Shown here in pieces: positions 44,770 to 53,695 of a stretch of DNA of 64,000 nucleotides (positions within the stretch are counted from its first letter, which is position 1; every line of letters begins with the position of its first letter). The DNA is from an uncultured Fidelibacterota bacterium (lineage in GTDB: Bacteria; Fidelibacterota; Marinisomatia; Marinisomatales; Marinisomataceae): positions 4,520-68,519 of the forward strand of contig CACNWW010000003.1 in the NCBI GenBank assembly GCA_902624275.1, given 5' to 3'. The position numbers were made by a program, and so were the translations under genes. Below the pieces are notes generated by a model. The model did not search any database and was not told the origin of the DNA. It saw nothing but the letters and a program-made list of their open reading frames with translations.

Positions 44770-47505
44770 TTACAAATCAGCCTTTATACCGATTGTAAAT
44801 TTTGTATTATAATATTCTTCTTGCATTAAATATCTACTACTTCCTTGATAATATCTCAATGGTTGATTAGTTAAATTATTAAAGTCAGCATAAAGAGAAA
44901 TATTTTCTCTTATATTATAATTTGCATTTAAATCAATATAGCTTGATTTATCATACCATCTGTCTTCAGATTTGGAGTCACCAAATTCTTCAAGAAACTC
45001 TCCTTGATGATTAAGAGATAAACGTACGGTCATTGGCCCTCTTTCATATGATATAGAAAGATTGTAACTAAGCTCAGACGTACCTGGCATAGAATTATCT
45101 TTTACATCGGGTCTGTCTTCTTGAATCTTTGGATCTAAATTATCTATTTTTGAGTCTATAGCAGTAACATTGGCATATAAACCTAGTCCCGGTAATATTT
45201 GCCTTTGAAATGCAATTTCAACTCCTAATAAAGATGCATTTCCACCATTCAATGCTTTTTCTAATTGAAAGCCATTATAGTCTGGTAGATTGTCAGCTTG
45301 AGTTACATAGCCAGATGTATAAACAACGAAGTTATCTATATCTTTAGTAAACATTCCTGCTGAGAATAACCCAATATCATCAAAATACCTTTCGAAAGAA
45401 ATATCAAAATTTGTTGAAATGGTAGGCTCTAGTTCAGGGTTACCAACCTTTATCTCTTCATCTTCCACTTTTACTTGTTGATATGGAACGGTATCAAAGT
45501 AATTAGGTCTTGCTAAAGACTTTGTTAAAGCAACCCTCATCTTTGATGCCCCATCTAAATCATATATCAAGTGCAATGAAGGTAATATATCAGTATAATC
45601 GTTATCAGCGGCTGTAATGATATTATTTTGATCATTATCTTCATCATAGCTTCTTGCTTCTAAATCATATAAGGATGTTCTTTCTAACCTTATACCACCT
45701 ACAACTAGCAATTGGTCTGAATAATCATATGAAGCCATTCCATAGAATGAAGTGATGTCTTCAGAGGCTTTGAAGTTGCCAGCCAACTCTTCTTCAACAA
45801 TAACTCTTTCAAAAAGTTCTGTATTTGATAAATCCAAATTTCCAAGAAATTCTCTACTTACATAAGATCCTGAATTATAAGAAGTACCATTCACATCATT
45901 TAACCATTCACTTTTATCTTGACTAACGATATTTGAAAATGCATCTGCTAAAAAAGCATCTTCATCTACTGGTTCAAATTCGTAGAACTCATTACGTCTT
46001 TCCTTTTTTCTTGAACTAATTTTCAATCCAGCCTCTAATTTTAGATTGTCATTGAAATTGTAATCAGCATCTACCTTAAAACTTTGTGCTTTTTCATTAG
46101 TATCTCTACGTTCTTCAATTAAGTTTCTAAAATCCCATGAATTATTTAAATCTGCAGCGATTGCATTTGAAAAAGTAAAGTTTGGTTTTTCAGTACTTTG
46201 ATTCCAAACAGCAGTTTGATTTTTTAATCTTAAAGCAAGATATCTTTCGTTCGGTCTTAACTCTGAAGCCTCTGAAATTTTAAAAGAATAATCTAGTTTT
46301 AGCTTATCTAAAAGACTTGTTCCACCAAATTTATAGGAAAAAAGTTTTTGGTCTTCCAGTCTTCCATATTCATTACCTGGCAATCCTGCTTTAGTTTGTC
46401 TTCTAACCTCTTGGTTTCCTTCTCCCTCATCTAAATCCTTTATTCTTTGACGATATCTATTTTCGTAATCATTACGATCATTATAATTAAGATCTGTATA
46501 TAATTCTGTATTATCCAAATTATAATCAAATCTCAATCCAAGACTCTTTCTCTCACGATGAACTAAATATTTTCTAATATCATGTTCAACAATATTTCCT
46601 TCATCATCCCATTCTGCTTCAATGTTATCAGTACCTGTCCAGTTATCATAAAAAGAAAAATTAAACATATATCCAAAATTGCTGTCTTCTGATCTATTGG
46701 AATGCATTCCAGATAACTGTACTATTTTACCGGCTTCATCCAAGGTATTCTCACCTCTTCCAACAGTAACTGATGTTCGTTTTCCTGCAGCTTTTCGTGT
46801 AATAAGATTAATAGACCCTCCTATTGCATCTGCATCCATATCTGGAGTAAGTGCTTTAATAACTTCTACGGTTTGAATCATATCAGCAGGGATTATATCC
46901 AACTGGTTACTTCTTGTTGTAGCCTCTGCGGAAGGCATTCTTTCGCCATTAATGGTTGCTGAATTAAAACTAGATGGAGTTCCACGAACATGTCCAAATC
47001 TAGCTTCGCCCATATCGTTGTATACAGCAATTCCAGGGACACGTTTTAACGCATCTCCAATATTTGAGTCTGGAAACTTGCCAACCTGATCTGATGAGAC
47101 AACATTACTAATATTGGACTTATTTTTTTGATTATTTAACGCTCTAGCCTGACCCGATAAAGAATTACCAATTACATCAATATCGTTTCCAACTAATGTT
47201 CCAACTGATAATTCTATTGCAAAAGTATTCAAATTTTCTGCATCAATAGAAATATCTTTTTCTTGATTTTCATACCCAATGTACGAAACTACTAGCTTAT
47301 AATTACCTGCTGGTAGATTTGAAAGATAAACCTTACCTCCGGAATCAGTTATTCCTCCAAAGTTAGTTCCCTCCAAATAAACATTGGCACCTGGTAATGG
47401 AAAGGAACCATTTGAATCTGAAACTGTTCCTAATAAATTACCGGTCTGTGAAAATAGATGTGATGTGACAAGACATACGGATAATATGATTGTTTTTAAT
47501 CGCAT
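44770..47505 (-). CDS. TonB-dependent outer-membrane receptor with N-terminal CarboxypepD_reg-like domain
   Basis: 911 aa. Signal peptide, GTVSDSNGSFPLPGANVYL...YKLVVSYIGY, plug motif DALKRVPGIAV, and a long beta-barrel. AGGAG sits 8 nt upstream of the ATG. Confidence 0.9.
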   Translation of the reverse strand: MRLKTIILSVCLVTSHLFSQTGNLLGTVSDSNGSFPLPGANVYLEGTNFGGITDSGGKVYLSNLPAGNYKLVVSYIGYENQEKDISIDAENLNTFAIELSVGTLVGNDIDVIGNSLSGQARALNNQKNKSNISNVVSSDQVGKFPDSNIGDALKRVPGIAVYNDMGEARFGHVRGTPSSFNSATINGERMPSAEATTRSNQLDIIPADMIQTVEVIKALTPDMDADAIGGSINLITRKAAGKRTSVTVGRGENTLDEAGKIVQLSGMHSNRSEDSNFGYMFNFSFYDNWTGTDNIEAEWDDEGNIVEHDIRKYLVHRERKSLGLRFDYNLDNTELYTDLNYNDRNDYENRYRQRIKDLDEGEGNQEVRRQTKAGLPGNEYGRLEDQKLFSYKFGGTSLLDKLKLDYSFKISEASELRPNERYLALRLKNQTAVWNQSTEKPNFTFSNAIAADLNNSWDFRNLIEERRDTNEKAQSFKVDADYNFNDNLKLEAGLKISSRKKERRNEFYEFEPVDEDAFLADAFSNIVSQDKSEWLNDVNGTSYNSGSYVSREFLGNLDLSNTELFERVIVEEELAGNFKASEDITSFYGMASYDYSDQLLVVGGIRLERTSLYDLEARSYDEDNDQNNIITAADNDYTDILPSLHLIYDLDGASKMRVALTKSLARPNYFDTVPYQQVKVEDEEIKVGNPELEPTISTNFDISFERYFDDIGLFSAGMFTKDIDNFVVYTSGYVTQADNLPDYNGFQLEKALNGGNASLLGVEIAFQRQILPGLGLYANVTAIDSKIDNLDPKIQEDRPDVKDNSMPGTSELSYNLSISYERGPMTVRLSLNHQGEFLEEFGDSKSEDRWYDKSSYIDLNANYNIRENISLYADFNNLTNQPLRYYQGSSRYLMQEEYYNTKFTIGIKADL

Positions 47506-47700
47506 GGCCTAATCTCCTTTTAATAAAATTAGCTTCAACTTTTAAAAACGCCCCCTAAGACTTTTTTAATCGCATGGCCAGATATGTTTTCTCATCCATA
47601 CCTGCTTCAACTCTTAAAAAGTAATAAAACTCTTTTTAAGTGCATGGCCAGATCAATTTTTTCATTAAGATCTGCTTCAACATCTTAAAAAGCGATTTTA
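47495..47700. repeat. Three tandem about 70-bp repeats covering the start codon and 5' leader of the TonB-dependent receptor
   Basis: gcatggcc occurs at 47502, 47572 and 47642 (exact 70-bp period). gcttcaac occurs at 47532, 47604 and 47674. Each unit also carries an all-A/T inverted repeat (ttaaaaa...tttttaa). Confidence 0.85.
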
Positions 47701-47708
47701 ACTGCGTG

Positions 47709-47738
47709 ATTTTAAGTAAAGAAAAAAATATTTGTCAA
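47709..47738 (-). promoter_or_regulatory. Candidate sigma-70-like promoter upstream of the repeat leader
   Basis: Minus strand TTGACA (47738-47733), 18 nt spacer, TAAAAT (47714-47709). Located just downstream of the stop of the symporter gene. Confidence 0.3.
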
Positions 47739-47752
47739 TTTTTTTTTGGAAT

Positions 47753-49621
47753 TTATAATTCTAATTCGATAAATAATTTTTTTGAAAGGTCAAATTGACC
47801 ATGATTCTGGACATTTTTAGAGATTTCAATTTTATTACTTGATGACATTTTTCCAATGTACGCATGAGTAGATTTGATTCCACCTAAGTACCACCTTGTA
47901 TCAGATATATATGCAAAATCTCCTTCTTTTGCACCGAGATCTTTCATTAGGTCTGCTGGTAAATATATTTTATTATCTGTGTCATCCACGACTTTAATCA
48001 TATCACCATTAAAGGTAATTTTACTGCCTGCATTTTCATTAACCTTTGAACCTTTAAAAAATTGTGGACCATCTTTAATTGTCCAAAGAGTTAATCCTTT
48101 AATTTGTTCGTAGTGAGACTGATTTGGTTTTGAAGTAAGTAAAGTTACTATGATTCCAATGGATGTACATGCTACTACATTGTATAATGCCCTGATATAT
48201 GACCATGGTTTTGCTTCGATATATTCTATCCCATGTGAGAATGGTTGAACAAAAATTTGAGGGTACTCGATACCAAGGAAGATAAATGCTGCACCTAGGA
48301 CAAACGTTAATACAGCTGCTCTTGATGAAAAGCGCTGCCAGAAAATACCAAGGAAAATAACCGTAACCATTGGTGGAGTCACCACGCTATGAAATGCACC
48401 ATGAGCCTCATAAATTGTTCCATATTGTGCAAATAAGAATGCTGCTTGAATACCGACAAAAGTAACAAGTAAAGAAGTAAACATGGAAACTCTTAAACGT
48501 GTTTTTTCAGAAGGATTTTTACTTAGTGGCGTATATACATCATTAACTGCCACTGCTGCTGATGCATTAATTTGTGAATCCAAGCTGGACATTAAAGCAG
48601 CAACTACTGCTGCCACTAAAAATGCAAAAATTGCTTCTGAATTAGCTACTAGGGAGGCAACAACAGTAAATACACCATTTGCACTTCCATTTGGTAATAA
48701 ATCAGTTATAACACCAGGGGTCATATTTTCCATAGCTCTAGCTAGCCAACCAGAATTTGAAACTGCAACAGTACCTATTGGCAAGAAAACCAATACGTTC
48801 ATCATAGTTGCTCTTCTTGCATGAATAACAGATCGAGATGCTAAAAATCTCATAATTACTGCCTGGTTCATAAATGCAAATCCAACTGAACCAACTACTC
48901 CGTCTTGCCAGAAAATTCCAACAAAGTTAAAATCAGGTGGGGAGTTAAAATCTGCTAATGGTAATTTATTTGTAGCTGACAAATTGCTCCAGAAGAAATC
49001 AAATCCCCCTAAATAAGCAATACCCAAACCAAAAATTAGTAACCCAGCAAATAGCAGAATGACACCTTGTAAGAAGTCAGTAAATATAATTGCAGTTTGA
49101 CCCCCCAAAGAAACATAAGTACCAGATATAATAGCTACCACTATGATTATAGTATTGATTTCCCATCCTAAAATTGGCTGTAATAATGATCCTAAAGCCA
49201 ATAATCCAATACCTATGTATCCTATAAGGTATAGTAGCATGGTTATAGTAGATAAATTTCTTACAGTAGAATTAAATCTACGTTCAAAATATTCAGGGAT
49301 GGAATTGACCTGCATATAATATATAATTGGAATCCAACCAAACAGTAATAATGGCATAAAAAACCAATCATTCATATAAGTCATTGTGGATGAAAACCCA
49401 TATTCAAAACCCTTAGATGCATATTTAGCAAAACTATGTGATCCAACACCAGTTGCCAACATTGACATTCCAATTAACCACCATGAAAATCTTCTTCCAC
49501 CAAAAAAGAAGTCTTCGGTTGATTGATTATTTCTTGCAAAAAATAATCCCGCACCTAATACAAAGAAAACATAGCCAGCTAAAATAACCCAAAATAATTC
49601 TGAAGTAGCAATGGTATTCAT
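47753..49621 (-). CDS. Sodium:solute symporter (SSS) family transporter with C-terminal soluble extension
   Basis: 622 aa. About 13-14 TM helices with SSS-like organisation, and a hydrophilic tail of roughly 100 aa. Confidence 0.75.
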   Translation of the reverse strand: MNTIATSELFWVILAGYVFFVLGAGLFFARNNQSTEDFFFGGRRFSWWLIGMSMLATGVGSHSFAKYASKGFEYGFSSTMTYMNDWFFMPLLLFGWIPIIYYMQVNSIPEYFERRFNSTVRNLSTITMLLYLIGYIGIGLLALGSLLQPILGWEINTIIIVVAIISGTYVSLGGQTAIIFTDFLQGVILLFAGLLIFGLGIAYLGGFDFFWSNLSATNKLPLADFNSPPDFNFVGIFWQDGVVGSVGFAFMNQAVIMRFLASRSVIHARRATMMNVLVFLPIGTVAVSNSGWLARAMENMTPGVITDLLPNGSANGVFTVVASLVANSEAIFAFLVAAVVAALMSSLDSQINASAAVAVNDVYTPLSKNPSEKTRLRVSMFTSLLVTFVGIQAAFLFAQYGTIYEAHGAFHSVVTPPMVTVIFLGIFWQRFSSRAAVLTFVLGAAFIFLGIEYPQIFVQPFSHGIEYIEAKPWSYIRALYNVVACTSIGIIVTLLTSKPNQSHYEQIKGLTLWTIKDGPQFFKGSKVNENAGSKITFNGDMIKVVDDTDNKIYLPADLMKDLGAKEGDFAYISDTRWYLGGIKSTHAYIGKMSSSNKIEISKNVQNHGQFDLSKKLFIELEL

Positions 49622-49902
49622 GTAATTTTCCTAGTCAATAAAAAGACATTAAATATATATAAGGATAAAATTACTAGATATAACTGAGGGTAATCATTAA
49701 GTGCTGAAACAGTCATTAATAAGTGAATTGAAGAAACGTAAATGAATCCCCAAATCAAAATCTGAATCCATATCTTATATTGATTCCAAAACTCTTTACC
49801 GCCATAAGCTTTGAAAACTGCAAAAAGCCCTCCGCCAAAAATCAATAAACCAAAACCATATTGGTACATAAATGGAAGCCAGGAATGAGAAAATAAATCC
49901 AT
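49618..49902 (-). CDS. Small three-TM membrane protein, translationally coupled to the symporter
   Basis: 94 aa, hydrophobic, 4-nt overlap with the symporter start. Confidence 0.45.
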   Translation of the reverse strand: MDLFSHSWLPFMYQYGFGLLIFGGGLFAVFKAYGGKEFWNQYKIWIQILIWGFIYVSSIHLLMTVSALNDYPQLYLVILSLYIFNVFLLTRKIT

Positions 49903-50399
49903 TATAGTTCTTCCTTAAATAATTTTAATAATTGCTCATAAGTATCGTCTAACGTTTGAGGCATCACTTTTGTATTTCCAATAACAGGCATAAAAGATGT
50001 GTCGCTTTTCCAGCGAGGGACTATATGAAAATGTAAATGAGATTCAATAGAAGCACCTGAGCCTTCACCTATGTTAGCTCCAAAATTAAACCCATCACAA
50101 TAAAAACTATTTCTTAATATCTTCATAACTTTTTTGGAAATAGACATAATCTCAGATAAAACTTCATCTTCAAGTTCTTCAAATTTATCAACTTCTTTAT
50201 AAGGAATAACCATCAAATGTCCGTTATTATAAGGATAATAATTCATTATTACATAACAATGTTTTGCACGATGAAGGATAAGATGTTCTTTATCATTATC
50301 TTCATCTATAAAATCAGAAAAAATTTTTTGAGAGTCTTGTTTTTTATTTTTAAGGTAATCCATTTTCCATGGAGCCCATAAATGTTTTTGATTACTCAT
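49902..50399 (-). CDS. HIT-family nucleotide hydrolase/transferase (Ap4A-phosphorylase-like N-terminus)
   Basis: 165 aa. LWAPWKMDYL N-terminus and histidine triad HLHFHIVPR. Confidence 0.8.
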   Translation of the reverse strand: MSNQKHLWAPWKMDYLKNKKQDSQKIFSDFIDEDNDKEHLILHRAKHCYVIMNYYPYNNGHLMVIPYKEVDKFEELEDEVLSEIMSISKKVMKILRNSFYCDGFNFGANIGEGSGASIESHLHFHIVPRWKSDTSFMPVIGNTKVMPQTLDDTYEQLLKLFKEEL

Positions 50400-50674
50400 T
50401 TATAATCTGTTTTGGCTTGGTTAATTAAATCTCTTAGCATTGGTTTAATATAAACATTATCAAGATTAATTTGACTAAAACACTTTGCTAACACATACAA
50501 TCTCTGCTCAAGTGGTTTGTGCTTATTGATTACAATAGTTTCATTTGAAAATAATAAACAGTTATCGCCATTGAAATTCCCCTTATCATGTATTATCTTT
50601 ATGTTACATTTTTCTCCAAGTTCTAGAAAATCTTCTAATAATTGTGTTTTCTTTTTATCAGGTTTTTTTTTCAT
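50396..50674 (-). CDS. Hypothetical protein
   Basis: 92 aa with a basic N-terminus. 4-nt overlaps with both neighbours support that it is translated. No family recognised. Confidence 0.45.
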   Translation of the reverse strand: MKKKPDKKKTQLLEDFLELGEKCNIKIIHDKGNFNGDNCLLFSNETIVINKHKPLEQRLYVLAKCFSQINLDNVYIKPMLRDLINQAKTDYK

Positions 50675-51081
50675 TTACCAATTCCAGTTAAATCGCTGCT
50701 GCTTCTTATCTTATTACCCAAACCATCGACCATTTTAATCTTATATTTTTCCATAACTACAGTTTCAGGAATTTCATCTAAAGATCTATCTCCACCATTA
50801 GCAAAAATACTAGGTTTTATGAATTCTAAACTTTTACATACGCTATTGTCTTTATCTATACTTAAAAATACTTCATCAACAGGTCTTAAAGCCGCAACAA
50901 TTTCCATTCTATCTTTTTCATCCATAAAAAAACTGCCCTTCTTCATTTCTGCTTGATGATTATTATTCACAATTACAATCAACTTACTACCTAAGTCTTT
51001 TGCTAGTTGAAAAAATTCAATATGTCCAACATGCAAAGGGTCAAAATAACCACTCACTGCGACAATTACTTGATTATTCAT
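50671..51081 (-). CDS. Small cytidylyl/adenylyltransferase-family nucleotidyltransferase
   Basis: 136 aa. VAVSGYFDPLHVGHIEFF, the (T/H)xGH nucleotidyltransferase motif. Confidence 0.75.
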   Translation of the reverse strand: MNNQVIVAVSGYFDPLHVGHIEFFQLAKDLGSKLIVIVNNNHQAEMKKGSFFMDEKDRMEIVAALRPVDEVFLSIDKDNSVCKSLEFIKPSIFANGGDRSLDEIPETVVMEKYKIKMVDGLGNKIRSSSDLTGIGK

Positions 51082-52141
51082 TATCTAAATTCCAATCTTC
51101 TATTTCTAATTCCCAATTTGTTCTTAATATTAATGAGTCTGGATAAACATAGAATTTTTCTGAATAATTATCATCTTTAAAATTTCCGGTATCAATGATC
51201 TTATTATTATTTCGATCTTGATAAGCAAATAATTGATACGTTCCTCCAATTACATTATCAATTTTGAATTTTCCATCAAAAGATAATTCTGTTTTAAAAC
51301 TATTATCTTTATTTCTTAATTCAATAACAACCGGGAGAATATAATTGCCATTAATACTACCTACAATTTTTGAAAATTGCTCTATATCCTCTTTTACATT
51401 CAAAGAGTCTGATTCAACTTCAACTTCTTCAGCATTAAAAAAGAAATTTAAATCTGGAGTATTATCTTTTTTCAAATCAATAAAGCTTTCTGAAAAAAAA
51501 GATATTTTATTTTTTTCTAATGATAGTTTTGAATTATATAAGTCAACAGCCAAGACAGTGTATTTATCATATGCTAAATAACCAAAACTAAATTTATCGG
51601 AAGATGAAATTATATAATCAGGTTTTTTTGAAAGTAATTCATTCTTATCAATCATTCCTTTCCATAATAAGATTGAGGGTTTGCTATATGATCCAAATAT
51701 TTTTCCTTTAATTGCTGCTTGATTGATTGCATTTGAAAGACTTATTGGAATAACAATGTTTTTATTTAACTTAACATTGTGCTCATCAGATAAATTAGAA
51801 TTCAATGATATAACATATGTTTTGTCCTTATCAAGATTGGAGGGTAACGTAATTATTACTTCTTTTCCATAATATTCAAAATTAATTTGTTGATTTACGG
51901 TTGGAAAAAGTTCGATTGCGTTTTTAAGAGACTCTTCTTTAATAAACTCATTAAAAGATAAGGTGATTTGTTGCCCCTGATTTAGATTTGTTAAAATTGC
52001 TGGAGTAGTTGACTTTAACTTTGGTGGATCAGAATCTAAAGGTCCTCCTTGAGGCGCTTTAACAGATGCACATGAAAATAGAACTAGCAAACATAGAGCT
52101 AAGAGTATCTTATTTAATTGATTCAAGAACATCAGATGCAT
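51074..52141 (-). CDS. Lipoprotein with N-terminal SbsA/Big_5-like Ig domain
   Basis: 355 aa. Lipobox-like LVLFSCAS, then a DSDPPKLKSTTP...ITLSFNEFI Ig-like domain pattern. Confidence 0.5.
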   Translation of the reverse strand: MHLMFLNQLNKILLALCLLVLFSCASVKAPQGGPLDSDPPKLKSTTPAILTNLNQGQQITLSFNEFIKEESLKNAIELFPTVNQQINFEYYGKEVIITLPSNLDKDKTYVISLNSNLSDEHNVKLNKNIVIPISLSNAINQAAIKGKIFGSYSKPSILLWKGMIDKNELLSKKPDYIISSSDKFSFGYLAYDKYTVLAVDLYNSKLSLEKNKISFFSESFIDLKKDNTPDLNFFFNAEEVEVESDSLNVKEDIEQFSKIVGSINGNYILPVVIELRNKDNSFKTELSFDGKFKIDNVIGGTYQLFAYQDRNNNKIIDTGNFKDDNYSEKFYVYPDSLILRTNWELEIEDWNLDNE

Positions 52142-52565
52142 GTGTTGCAGTTTTTACTTTACTATAAGCTTGTTCAATCATTCCATTTTCATCTATTAAA
52201 TAAGATATCCTAAGAATACCCTCATATTCTCTTCCATACATTTTTTTAAGCCCCCATGCTTTATATTTTTTTAGGATACTTAATTCCGTATCTGATAAAA
52301 TATCAAATTTAAATTCATTTTTTGTGCAAAAGTTTTTTTGAGCTTTGACTGAATCTTTACTAACACCTAAGATAGAAATGTTTTGTTTGTTAAAATTTTT
52401 GATGAGCTCATTGAACCCTATTCCTTCTTTAGTACAACCACTTGTACTTGCCTTGGGGAAAAACCATATAAGCAGCTTTTGACCTTTAAAATCTTTTAAA
52501 GATATAAAGGTATTATCCTGATTTGGCAATGAAAACTCTGGAGCTTTTTGACCAATTTTTAACAT
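52110..52565 (-). CDS. bcp: Thiol peroxidase Bcp (peroxiredoxin)
   Basis: 151 aa. FFPKASTSGCTKE peroxidatic Cys motif. Confidence 0.88.
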   Translation of the reverse strand: MLKIGQKAPEFSLPNQDNTFISLKDFKGQKLLIWFFPKASTSGCTKEGIGFNELIKNFNKQNISILGVSKDSVKAQKNFCTKNEFKFDILSDTELSILKKYKAWGLKKMYGREYEGILRISYLIDENGMIEQAYSKVKTATHASDVLESIK

Positions 52566-52568
52566 AAT

Positions 52569-53690
52569 TTAATTCTCATACATTTTTAAATATTTATCAG
52601 ACCATTTTACAAAAGTATTATTATTAATTTCATTTTTTATTTCATTTACCAAATCCAAATAATATGCTATGTTGATTAAGGTTGCAATCCTCAGTCCAAA
52701 CATCTCATTCACTTTAAAAAGGTGTCTTAAATATGACTTTGAAAAAGTTTTTGCATACTCTATTGAACTATGTTTATCTATTGGTGATGTATCATTTGAA
52801 TAAGCACTATTCATAATGTTTATAACACCATCATGTGTGAATATCTGACCATTTCTGGCATTCCTGGCGGGCAGCACACAATCAAACATATCTACCCCTC
52901 GTAAAATTGCTTTAACTAAATCTATAGGCTTACCAACTCCCATCAAATATCTCGGTTGATCTACGGGCATATTTTTTCCTAATAACTTAACAATATCAAG
53001 CATTGGTTCTTTTTTTTCTCCAACTGAAAGTCCTCCAATCGCTATTCCACATGTAGCATATGGAAGCATTTGATTCAAACATTTTAATCTTTCTTCTGGA
53101 TTAATACCCCCTTGAATTATTGGGAAAAGCGTTTGATTATGACCATAAATGCTTGTTTTATCGTTTAAATATTCAAAAGCTTGCTGGGTCCATCTTTCGG
53201 TTAAAGTTGATGCTCTTCTAAGCTCTTTTTCAGAGCAATCTGCTGGAGGGCAATAATCAAAAGCCATAATTATGTCAGAACCTAACTGTCTTTGAACTTC
53301 CATGGATTTTTGGGGAGTAAAAAAATGTTCACTTCCATCTAAATGCGATCTAAAATTTACACCATCGCTAGTTATTTCGTTCATGTTGCTTAAAGAGAAT
53401 ACTTGATATCCACCACTATCAGTTAGAATGCTTTTATCCCAATTTAAAAATTTATGCAACCCTTTATTTTCATTTATAATCTCGGTTCCCGGCCTTAAAT
53501 ATAAATGATAGGTATTTGAAAGCATTATTTGAACGCTCATAGCATTTAAGTCATCTGGAGATAGCGTTTTTACAACACCATGGGTTCCTACTGGCATAAA
53601 AACTGGAGTTTCTATTTTGGAATGATCTGTTTCAATCAAGCCTGTTCTAGCTAGAGAATTATTATCTTCAGATAAAACTGAGAATTTCAA
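52569..53690 (-). CDS. tgt: Queuine tRNA-ribosyltransferase (tRNA-guanine transglycosylase)
   Basis: 373 aa. PVFMPVGT, TDSGGYQVFS, GLSVGE, FDCVLPARNARNG. Confidence 0.95.
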   Translation of the reverse strand: MKFSVLSEDNNSLARTGLIETDHSKIETPVFMPVGTHGVVKTLSPDDLNAMSVQIMLSNTYHLYLRPGTEIINENKGLHKFLNWDKSILTDSGGYQVFSLSNMNEITSDGVNFRSHLDGSEHFFTPQKSMEVQRQLGSDIIMAFDYCPPADCSEKELRRASTLTERWTQQAFEYLNDKTSIYGHNQTLFPIIQGGINPEERLKCLNQMLPYATCGIAIGGLSVGEKKEPMLDIVKLLGKNMPVDQPRYLMGVGKPIDLVKAILRGVDMFDCVLPARNARNGQIFTHDGVINIMNSAYSNDTSPIDKHSSIEYAKTFSKSYLRHLFKVNEMFGLRIATLINIAYYLDLVNEIKNEINNNTFVKWSDKYLKMYEN

Positions 53691-53695
53691 AACAT

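Noticed and set aside
47478-47500. Fur-box-like sequence (minus strand AACAATCATATTATC) near the TonB-dependent receptor start
   Set aside because: It needs a 1-nt indel to match the 19-bp consensus, and it lies inside the first codons of the CDS. In AT-rich DNA such partial matches are expected by chance.
47566-47585. Sigma-54 promoter look-alike CTGGCCATGCGATTAAAA in each 70-bp repeat (rpoN is present in the window)
   Set aside because: The GG is present, but the position 10 nt downstream reads AA instead of the invariant GC of the -12 element.
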